Assembly (NCBI GenBank): GCA_964558645.1
Contig: CAZLEV010000001.1
Location: 61,568-125,567 of the forward strand
Direction: 5' to 3'
DNA: 64,000 nt
Source of the DNA: an uncultured archaeon
GTDB taxonomy: Archaea > Asgardarchaeota > Thorarchaeia > Thorarchaeales > Thorarchaeaceae
Shown here: positions 56,725 to 64,000 of the stretch, one piece after another
Layout: each line of letters starts with the position of its first letter
Position numbering within the stretch: position 1 is the first letter of the stretch
Notes under the pieces: model-generated
The model's database searches: none
What the model saw: the letters and a program-made list of their open reading frames with translations, nothing else
Told to the model about the DNA's origin: nothing
Program-made: the position numbers and the translations under genes

Positions 56725-57822
56725 TCACTTTGCAGTGATTCGTCCTATTCTCAGACCCTCCGGATTCACCACATTGGGTGGTATTCTGCCTGAGAGAGCC
56801 GCTATGATATTCTCCGCGCACATGACTGACATTTTGTTGCGAGTTGCGTAGCTGGCGCTTCCAATGTGGGGCAGAACCACTGTATTGGGCAGTCTTGTGA
56901 GTTCATTGTCTGCGTCAAGGGGTTCCTGTGTGAATACATCCAGCCCGGCTGCGTGTAGGTGCCCGCTCTTGAGTGCATCAATAAGTGCTTCTTCGTCAAC
57001 AACCGGCCCCCTGGATGTGTTGACGAGTATCGAACCTTGCTTCATCATCTGGATCTCTCTTGCACCTATCAATCCCTCTGTGGACTCATCCAACGGAACG
57101 TGAAGTGTCACTATGTCTGATTCGGAGAGCAGTTCCTCCAACGATACGCTCTTGGCCCCAACCTCTCTCTCGATTGAAATTGTACCCTCGTTTCTACTAC
57201 GGGAATGGTACAGCACCTTCATGGCGAATCCCTTGGAGCGTCGAGCAACTGCTGATCCAATTCGCCCCATCCCAACGATTCCCAGTGTGGCACCGAAGAC
57301 ATCTTTTCCAAGCAAGAGCATCGGCCGCCACCCAACCACCCACTCTCCCTGCCGCACATACCTATCTGCCTCTACAACTCTGCGGCATGTCGCCATGATG
57401 AGCGCCCATGTTAGGTCTGCAGTTGTTTCAGTGAGAACTCCAGGGGTATTGGTGACAATCACACCTCGTTCTGTGGCAGTTTCAATGTCAATGTTGTCAT
57501 AGCCCACAGCGTATTGGGATATAACCTCAAGCTTGGGCAGTTGTAAGATCAACTCTCTATCAATGGGGTCCGAGAGGAGCGTGACCAGGCCCTGGCAATC
57601 TCTTGCTTGTTCCGCTATTTCTTCTTTGGTGGGTTCCCGATTATGCTCCCAGACTTTGACATCGAATTCTCTTCTCAGTATAGCTAACCCTTTGTCCGGT
57701 ATCTCACGGGTCACGAAGACCTTCTTCAAATCAATACTCTCCATGTGGATGCTCCATGCTGTACATCGTCTTAACCAACTCTGATTAATCTCACGCCTCA
57801 AGGAATCAATCCAGAAAAACAC
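56725..57822 (-). CDS. gyaR: Glyoxylate reductase / D-2-hydroxyacid dehydrogenase (true start probably near 57744)
   Basis: AVGYDNID, TNTPGVLTETTAD, GMGRIG, NTSRG, GLDVF and PHIGSA. Confidence 0.85.
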   Translation of the reverse strand: MFFWIDSLRREINQSWLRRCTAWSIHMESIDLKKVFVTREIPDKGLAILRREFDVKVWEHNREPTKEEIAEQARDCQGLVTLLSDPIDRELILQLPKLEVISQYAVGYDNIDIETATERGVIVTNTPGVLTETTADLTWALIMATCRRVVEADRYVRQGEWVVGWRPMLLLGKDVFGATLGIVGMGRIGSAVARRSKGFAMKVLYHSRSRNEGTISIEREVGAKSVSLEELLSESDIVTLHVPLDESTEGLIGAREIQMMKQGSILVNTSRGPVVDEEALIDALKSGHLHAAGLDVFTQEPLDADNELTRLPNTVVLPHIGSASYATRNKMSVMCAENIIAALSGRIPPNVVNPEGLRIGRITAK

Positions 57823-57921
57823 AGTAGACAGGAAGCAGTAACTTTATCAATAATGGGTCGATACGCTCGGCTGCAAAACAATGCGTAAATCCTGCCCCTT
57901 ATATCTGGAAACGCTAAATAT

Positions 57922-58233
57922 ATGCAACGAGCAACAACGCTCTCAGGTCGGGTGTTAAAGATGAACATGTCTCTAGAACTACCTCGCAGTGCGATTATTG
58001 TACTTGACAAGCTGCAACATGAGGGACCAATGACACCGAAAGACATCTCTGACAAGGTTGATCTAGCCCCGAGAACTGTATCGTTTGCACTCAGGAAGCT
58101 TATGGGTCAGAAGCTCTGTCGCAAGATACCAAACCTGCAAGACATGCGACAGCCCCTCTATCTGGCTGATCTGGAGAGAACTCGAGAACTTCGAATGAAG
58201 TACGAGCATGTCTTCCGTCAGGTACTGATCTGA
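57922..58233 (+). CDS. MarR-like winged-helix regulator (start probably at 57961 or 57967)
   Basis: LPRSAIIVL...GPMTPKDI...LAPRTVSFALRKL...PNLQDMRQPLY. Confidence 0.8.
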   Translation: MQRATTLSGRVLKMNMSLELPRSAIIVLDKLQHEGPMTPKDISDKVDLAPRTVSFALRKLMGQKLCRKIPNLQDMRQPLYLADLERTRELRMKYEHVFRQVLI

Positions 58234-58246
58234 TTATCGGCTCATG

Positions 58247-58282
58247 GAATCCTTGGGTGAACAACGCAGTTCACGGGGATTC
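58247..58282 (+). terminator. Stem-loop downstream of the wHTH gene
   Basis: GAATCCTT-GG-GTGAAC / GTTCAC-GGGGATTC followed by a pyrimidine-rich run. Confidence 0.4.
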
Positions 58283-58342
58283 TCCCCTCTGTTTCAGCTA
58301 GAGTTAATAGTGCTTCTCTTTTGCTTCTGACAGTGGCTGAAC

Positions 58343-58528
58343 ATGGCGCATGAAGGTTTGACTGTAGTGCTCGTAGTACTCGGTGTTATGTTACTGCTTG
58401 GCTACTATCTAGGACCAAATCGTGAAACACGTGCAGTGAAGAGAATTGAGGGCAAGATTATGCTGGTACCAACTGGTGTTCTTCTCTTCATCCTCGCCGC
58501 TGTTATTTTCTCAGGAATACTCGGCTAG
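58343..58528 (+). CDS. Small two-TM membrane protein
   Basis: 61 aa; two hydrophobic helices around a basic loop. Confidence 0.65.
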   Translation: MAHEGLTVVLVVLGVMLLLGYYLGPNRETRAVKRIEGKIMLVPTGVLLFILAAVIFSGILG

Positions 58529-59496
58529 TCTTCGGGAAACTCCATAGCCAATAGTCTGCATAGAAGGCCCGCTGACAGGAGATCTGCTGTACTACCCGGA
58601 TTCAGACGATTATTTTCAACCCCAAAACTCCTCTCAAGCATGGATAGTTTCTCCTCGATACACATTTCGCCGTCGATATACGATATGGCGTCGACAATGC
58701 TTTTCTGAACTTGTTGGGCCTTGGCCAGACCTTCTTTCTTTGCTATCAGCTTGTCAGGATGTCGCGATAGAAGCCATAGAAAGGTCTCAACGATGCCCTC
58801 CTCAATGTCTTCGAACCCCCTGATTGTCTTTGTAAGATGCGGATAGATTTCTTCGATGACTCTGGAGTATGCTGTTGCATACTCTTCACTGATTGCATCC
58901 ACATCCCTTGCAAGTTCCGACAGCTTGAGCAGCGTGAGTTCATCATCTGAAACATTCTGGTACACTCTCGGATTCGCGATATCATAGCGGGAATGCATCT
59001 CAGTCCAAGACTCCTCTATTCTCGCACTGATGCCGCTAGTGAGGTTATGGCGCAATGCCCGATAGAAATGCAGTGTATCATCAACAGTGGTCAGTTCCAG
59101 AATGCGTCTGATCGATGCTCTGAGGGTCTGAGGTTGAAACGCTCCTGCATCTAGGACAGTGTACGTAGAGGCCACCACCAGGGGTATGTGTAAAATGATT
59201 GAACCGAGGATTGTGTTGCTCTTGCTGAATCCTGAGAATGCATCATCGACACAGCCTAGAATCAACTCCCCGATGCCAACCTCTGCTGGATCAATCTGCC
59301 CGCTGTGGAGAAGAATCCCCTTTTCTGCTGCTTGCTTCATACCTCTGTTTGTCAAAGCGATGGTCGCCAAGAAATGCCGATAGGACATATCAGAGAAGCG
59401 CCTCAGTCGATTCACGTTTCCTGGTTTCGGGGCACTGACTTCAAGGAGCATGGCGAGCTGTGCGAGACTTGTGATTCTCCAAGCTAGGTCTTTCAC
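58525..59496 (-). CDS. citG: Triphosphoribosyl-dephospho-CoA synthase (CitG/MdcB family)
   Basis: LLEVSAPKPGNV, NTILG, PDKLIAKK and LNPGSTADL. Confidence 0.85.
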   Translation of the reverse strand: MKDLAWRITSLAQLAMLLEVSAPKPGNVNRLRRFSDMSYRHFLATIALTNRGMKQAAEKGILLHSGQIDPAEVGIGELILGCVDDAFSGFSKSNTILGSIILHIPLVVASTYTVLDAGAFQPQTLRASIRRILELTTVDDTLHFYRALRHNLTSGISARIEESWTEMHSRYDIANPRVYQNVSDDELTLLKLSELARDVDAISEEYATAYSRVIEEIYPHLTKTIRGFEDIEEGIVETFLWLLSRHPDKLIAKKEGLAKAQQVQKSIVDAISYIDGEMCIEEKLSMLERSFGVENNRLNPGSTADLLSAGLLCRLLAMEFPED

Positions 59497-59579
59497 ACTT
59501 CTTCACCCATCACATCTGATCCGGTACTGATATGACGCAGAAAGCATAATAGGGCTTCTGAATCAACTCTGGGTAGCTG

Positions 59580-59918
59580 ATGTTCATGAGCATATCTGCA
59601 CGTCTCACCTTTTCGCAAGTAGGCCTTCTGGTTTCAATCATTGTCTACCTCGCCGTGAGAGGATTTTTCGTCATATTGAATCTCGGCCTCTTATGGACGC
59701 AAGTGGGGGGTTTCCTCAGTATTGCATTTCCTCTAGGCCCGGTCATTGTTCTAGGATTTACTGCATGTGTGGTTTCGTACGGTTATTCCTATCTTGGCCT
59801 CTGGCTGATGGATAACTACCAACACATGGTTGGGCTCCTCACCATATTCTTCGGAGTGATTCTCATCCCGGGGGCACTAGCAGTCTACTCATGGTTCTTC
59901 TTCCCCGTGATTGTGTGA
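59580..59918 (+). CDS. Small membrane protein (3 TM)
   Basis: 112-aa hydrophobic ORF. Confidence 0.6.
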   Translation: MFMSISARLTFSQVGLLVSIIVYLAVRGFFVILNLGLLWTQVGGFLSIAFPLGPVIVLGFTACVVSYGYSYLGLWLMDNYQHMVGLLTIFFGVILIPGALAVYSWFFFPVIV

Positions 59919-59922
59919 TCTA

Positions 59923-60666
59923 TCAATCTAGGATTATGGGGAGTATCTCTTCTGCCCGCCCTCTCAGGACCACATCTGCAACGTCATCCCTGTTTGTACC
60001 GTGCAGATTAATGAGTACTATCTTTGCTCCCGCATTCTTGGCTAGCTGGGGAAGGAACGCCGCCGGATATATCTCCAGACTAGTACCCGCCACTATCATG
60101 AGGTCTGCGTCCTTGGATATTCTAACAGCCTCTTCCATGGCATCCTCAGGTAGTGGTTCTCCAAAGAGTATCGCCTCTGATTTGATTACTCCACCACAGT
60201 CGCGGCACATTGGCGGCGTTTCACCTTCAGCAACTCTACGGTGGAGTTCCTCACCCACAAACTCCTTTCCGCACTTCATGCAATATGCCCGAAGGTAGTT
60301 GCCATGCAGCTCAATGACCTTGCTGCTACCAGCACGTTGATGCAGGTTGTCTATGTTTTGAGTGATTATTCCGATCATTGTTCCATGCTTTTCGAAGTCG
60401 GCAAGGGCTTGGTGTGCTTGGTTCGGTTCAGCATCAAGAAGAACACCGGCAAGATAGTGACCCATCTCCCAGAACTTGGCTGGGTTCTTAAGAAAACTCT
60501 CGTAGGTAGCATACTCGAGAGGGTCAAATCTGGTCCAAAGCCCCCCTTCTGATCTAAAATCTGGAATGCCAGAATCCACACTGATTCCTGCGCCAGTGAG
60601 AGCACAGACTTTCTTAGCATCAGCAATCAGTTCTCTCGCCCGTAGAATATCCTTATCTGAAAGCAT
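59923..60666 (-). CDS. cobB: Sir2-family NAD-dependent protein deacylase
   Basis: TGAGISVDSGIPDFR, TQNIDNLHQRAG, ELHG, CxxC...CxxC and GTSLEIYPAA. Confidence 0.93.
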   Translation of the reverse strand: MLSDKDILRARELIADAKKVCALTGAGISVDSGIPDFRSEGGLWTRFDPLEYATYESFLKNPAKFWEMGHYLAGVLLDAEPNQAHQALADFEKHGTMIGIITQNIDNLHQRAGSSKVIELHGNYLRAYCMKCGKEFVGEELHRRVAEGETPPMCRDCGGVIKSEAILFGEPLPEDAMEEAVRISKDADLMIVAGTSLEIYPAAFLPQLAKNAGAKIVLINLHGTNRDDVADVVLRGRAEEILPIILD

Positions 60667-60880
60667 ACTGGAATATCAGGAGGCAAGCTAGATTTCGTTT
60701 TCGGTATTGAGCTCTCTGAAGAAGATGTAGATGTCGAAAGCTTTTTCTTATGTGGTTTCCGACAAACGCTAGAGTCACCTAAGGGGTACATGTCCTCTGA
60801 TGAGGTCACCCCGGTCGGTCCAACCCGCCGACCAGTTTCTGTGCTTGTTAGCTAGAGATAATCATCCATAAGTCGTCAGA

Positions 60881-61501
60881 GTGACCAGAGAGATGAAAGA
60901 AAACAACGCATCCCACCGAGAAGAATCCTCAGACGAAGAAGAAGAAGAGCCAGTGGAGATCGATTTAGAGTCCGAGTCTGATGAGCAGGAGACCGACACT
61001 GAACTCTCAGAGGCTGAACAGCGTGCTGATGAACTGCTTGAGAAACTCATGCGAGTGCAGGCTGAGTTTGAGAACTATAGAAAACGGATGAATGACAGGT
61101 TCAGTGAGGCGACGAAGTACGCTAGCGAGAGTATCCTGTTGAAGGTGCTTGATATCCATGATAATCTTGAGAGGGCTCTACAGGTGAACTTTGAGGAGAA
61201 TCCAGATGCTGCTAGAAAGGGGATTGAGGCGATTGAGAAGCAGATGCAGAAGTTGTTCGAACAAGAAGGTGTTCGGCCAATAGACGCTTTGAATGAGCCC
61301 TTTGACGCCTACTATCAGCACTCAGTGGCGAAAGCATGCGATCCCGAACAGCCTGACGGTGTAGTTGTCGAGGTCTATCAGAAGGGATACATGATACATG
61401 ACAAGGTCTTACGTCCTGCTCTGGTCTGTGTCAATCGACAAGAAGCCCCTGTCGACAATGGTGACAGTGATAAGGAAGCCTCTGAAGAAGAAGGTGAATA
61501 G
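60881..61501 (+). CDS. grpE: Nucleotide exchange factor GrpE
   Basis: RVQAEFENYRKR, DNLERAL and QKGYMIHDKVLRPALV. Confidence 0.95.
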   Translation: MTREMKENNASHREESSDEEEEEPVEIDLESESDEQETDTELSEAEQRADELLEKLMRVQAEFENYRKRMNDRFSEATKYASESILLKVLDIHDNLERALQVNFEENPDAARKGIEAIEKQMQKLFEQEGVRPIDALNEPFDAYYQHSVAKACDPEQPDGVVVEVYQKGYMIHDKVLRPALVCVNRQEAPVDNGDSDKEASEEEGE

Positions 61502-61504
61502 ACA

Positions 61505-63379
61505 ATGACGAAAGTTGTAGGTATCGACTTAGGTACAACCAATAGCGGAATCGCATATATGGAGGGCGGAAAGCCCACGATTATCCCCAACGCAGAGGGA
61601 AAACGACTTACACCGTCGGTAGTGGGAATAACCCCCAAGGGAGAGATAGTCGTCGGAGAACTAGCCAAGCGACAGGCTGTTTCCATGCCTGACCGCACAG
61701 TCCGCTCGATCAAGCGGAAGATGGGACAGGACTACAAAGTAAAGATTGATGACAAGGAGTACACTCCTCAGGAGATTTCTGCGATGATCCTCCAAAAACT
61801 GAAGAAGGATGCCGAGGCATTTCTTGGCGAAGACATAGAGAAGGCAGTCATAACTGTGCCGGCTTATTTCAATGACAGTCAGCGCCAAGCGACCAAGGAT
61901 GCGGGCAAGATAGCCGGCCTCGAGGTCATGCGAATAGTCAACGAGCCCACCGCATCGACTCTTGCATATGGCCTTGAAGAGGGTGAGGATCTGAAGATTC
62001 TCGTTTACGACCTTGGCGGCGGGACTTTCGATGTATCCATCCTGGATATCGGTGAGGACGTCTATCAGGTGCTCTCTACCAGCGGAAACACGCAGCTCGG
62101 CGGTGACGACTGGGACAAGCGAATCATTGATTGGGTTGCGGATAACTTCAAGGACGAAACAGGCATCGATCTGAGTGAGGATCTTTCTGCAATGCAGCGC
62201 ATTCGAGATGCTGCCGAACAGGCCAAGATTGAACTCTCTACGGTGAAGCAGACCACCATCAACCTTCCCTATATCACTGCTGACCAGAGTGGTCCGAAAC
62301 ATATTGACATGGAGATCACACGCGCTAAATTTGAACAGATGACAGATGACCTTGTTCAGGCCACACTGGGTCCAATTCGTCGAGCTCTATCCGATGCGAA
62401 GATGGAGGCGGAAGATGTTGATCGGATACTGCTGGTCGGTGGGGCAACACGAATGCCCATGATTCAGGAGGCAGTGCGGGGCATTTTCGGAAAGGAAGGT
62501 GACAAGAGTATCAACCCAGATGAATGTGTTGCCCTTGGTGCTGCTGTTCAGGCCGGCATCATCGCCGGTGACACTGACATCCTTTTGCTTGATGTTACGC
62601 CGCTAACCCTGAGTGTAGAAACACAGGGCGGGATTGCCACCCCTCTCATTGAGCGCAATACAACCATACCGACAAAGAAGAGCAAGATATTCACGACTGC
62701 CGCAGACAACCAGACTGCAGTTGATATCCATGTAGTCCAAGGGGAGCGTAAGCTAGCTAGAGACAACATGAGTCTGGGCAAGTTTCAACTCGTTGGTATT
62801 CCTCCTGCACCTCGAGGTGTTCCCCAGATAGAAGTTGAGTTCGACATAGATGCCAACGGCATTGTGAATGTCAAGGCCACTGACAAGGCTACCGGGAATG
62901 AGCAATCCATTACCATCACGGCTACTACAAATCTGTCAGACAATGACGTCGAGAGAATGGTGGAAGAAGCCGAGAAGTATGCAGAAGAAGATGCCAAGCG
63001 GAAGGCACAGATCGACGCGAAGAACAATGCAGATGCCATGATCTATCAAGGCGAGAAACTCGTGCGGGATATGGGTGACAAAATACCCGACGATCTGAAG
63101 AACGAACTCAAAGAGAAATCTGACAAACTAAGAAAGGCAATCGAAGCAGAGGACTTCGATAAAATCGAGTCTGGTACAGAGGAGCTTCAGCAGGTCATCT
63201 TCAAGATATCGGAGAAGGTCTACGGAGCTGCCGGTCCTGGTGGAGCAGGACCCGCAGGCGCAGACTTTGACCCAAGTCAGATGGGTGTCGATCCAAGCAA
63301 GATGGCCGGCGCTTCATCCTCGTCAGAGGACAAGAGTGAAGACGAGGCTGTTGACGTAGACTTTGAGGATCTGGACTAG
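61505..63379 (+). CDS. dnaK: Chaperone DnaK/Hsp70
   Basis: [25 protein letters not shown] and [11 protein letters not shown]. Short N-terminal form without the Gram-negative insert. Confidence 0.98.
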   Translation: MTKVVGIDLGTTNSGIAYMEGGKPTIIPNAEGKRLTPSVVGITPKGEIVVGELAKRQAVSMPDRTVRSIKRKMGQDYKVKIDDKEYTPQEISAMILQKLKKDAEAFLGEDIEKAVITVPAYFNDSQRQATKDAGKIAGLEVMRIVNEPTASTLAYGLEEGEDLKILVYDLGGGTFDVSILDIGEDVYQVLSTSGNTQLGGDDWDKRIIDWVADNFKDETGIDLSEDLSAMQRIRDAAEQAKIELSTVKQTTINLPYITADQSGPKHIDMEITRAKFEQMTDDLVQATLGPIRRALSDAKMEAEDVDRILLVGGATRMPMIQEAVRGIFGKEGDKSINPDECVALGAAVQAGIIAGDTDILLLDVTPLTLSVETQGGIATPLIERNTTIPTKKSKIFTTAADNQTAVDIHVVQGERKLARDNMSLGKFQLVGIPPAPRGVPQIEVEFDIDANGIVNVKATDKATGNEQSITITATTNLSDNDVERMVEEAEKYAEEDAKRKAQIDAKNNADAMIYQGEKLVRDMGDKIPDDLKNELKEKSDKLRKAIEAEDFDKIESGTEELQQVIFKISEKVYGAAGPGGAGPAGADFDPSQMGVDPSKMAGASSSSEDKSEDEAVDVDFEDLD

Positions 63380-63395
63380 ATTCAGGTGAAACTCT

Positions 63396-64000
63396 TTGGC
63401 AGAGGACGATTACTATGACATTCTCGGTGTTAGCAGAAATGCCACAGAGGCGGAGATAAAGAAGGCTTATCGACGGCTCGCCAAGGAGCACCATCCTGAC
63501 AGAAATCCTGGTGACAACTCGGCAGGAGAGAGACTCAAGAAGATCAATGAGGCATATGAGGTACTCAGTGATTCCGAAAAGAGAGCCAACTACGACAGAT
63601 ATGGTACTGCTGACTTCCAAGGCATCAACATGAACGGCTTCAGCGATATCTTCCGTGACTTCTTCAATGGATTTGGTGGATTCGGGATGGGCCGCAGAAG
63701 GCGAGCGGGTCCTCCCCCAGGGGACAATCTCCGGATAACAATCCATCTCACCTTCGACGAAGCCTTTTTCGGAACTGAGAAGGAGATTGCATTCAATCGG
63801 AAAGTAAAATGTGAAACATGCGGTGGAAGTGGCGCAAAGCCCGGCTCTTCTCCGACAACCTGTCGGACTTGTGGGGGCCGAGGACAGGTAGCACGTTCTA
63901 TGGGCGGATTCATGACTGTTGCTCAGACCTGCCCAACCTGCGGAGGTCGAGGAGAGACCATAGACAATCCATGCTCCAAGTGCAGAGGTTCTGGTCTAGA
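63396..64000 (+). CDS. dnaJ: Chaperone DnaJ (3'-truncated by the window edge)
   Basis: TTG start after AGGTGA; [13 protein letters not shown]-rich region and CxxCxGxG repeats. Confidence 0.95.
   Translation, partial: MAEDDYYDILGVSRNATEAEIKKAYRRLAKEHHPDRNPGDNSAGERLKKINEAYEVLSDSEKRANYDRYGTADFQGINMNGFSDIFRDFFNGFGGFGMGRRRRAGPPPGDNLRITIHLTFDEAFFGTEKEIAFNRKVKCETCGGSGAKPGSSPTTCRTCGGRGQVARSMGGFMTVAQTCPTCGGRGETIDNPCSKCRGSGL

Noticed and set aside
60730-60812. CTGATGAG resembling a hammerhead ribozyme core
   Set aside because: No correctly placed GAAA with pairable stems I-III could be built in any permutation.
60813-60834. T-arm-like hairpin ending in ACCA (possible tRNA)
   Set aside because: No acceptor, D or anticodon arms, and the loop is not TTCRA.
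61661-63746. Long antisense ORFs opposite dnaK/dnaJ and similar shadow ORFs elsewhere in the track
   Set aside because: They are reverse-frame shadows of strongly conserved genes and carry no motifs of their own.

Overview
Gene-dense archaeal chromosomal segment of about 50% GC, most consistent with an Asgard archaeon (Thorarchaeota-like). That assignment is inferred from an Arf/Rab-like small GTPase, an archaeal GTPBP1/2 homologue, RIO kinase, a TFS-like zinc ribbon, NosD/CASH surface proteins and Thr-linker/TM-anchored subtilases. I found no rRNA, tRNA, CRISPR array or mobile element. Housekeeping content includes XPB, an RFC small-subunit paralogue, serC-DUF1015, tldD-pmbA, a glyoxylate reductase, citG, Sir2 and grpE-dnaK-dnaJ, plus four membrane-anchored S8 proteases. 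The top candidate for an undescribed system is at 15.2-21.3 kb. A PqqD(RRE)-radical SAM-SPASM maturase is transcribed divergently from an operon whose large DUF2207-like membrane protein ends in a 49-aa tail with 11 Cys, 9 His and seven CHSA repeats. A 33-aa unannotated ORF carrying the same CHSA tetrad lies immediately upstream of that protein. This suggests RiPP-type modification of the cytoplasmic tail of a membrane protein. Other notable items are a subtilase resembling eukaryotic Site-1 protease (MBTPS1), an XPB with N-terminal domain plus a p52/Tfb2-like partner (TFIIH-core-like pair), an SLC44/CTL-like transporter and several structured non-coding elements. All family assignments are by eye from motifs and remembered family features; no searches were run.
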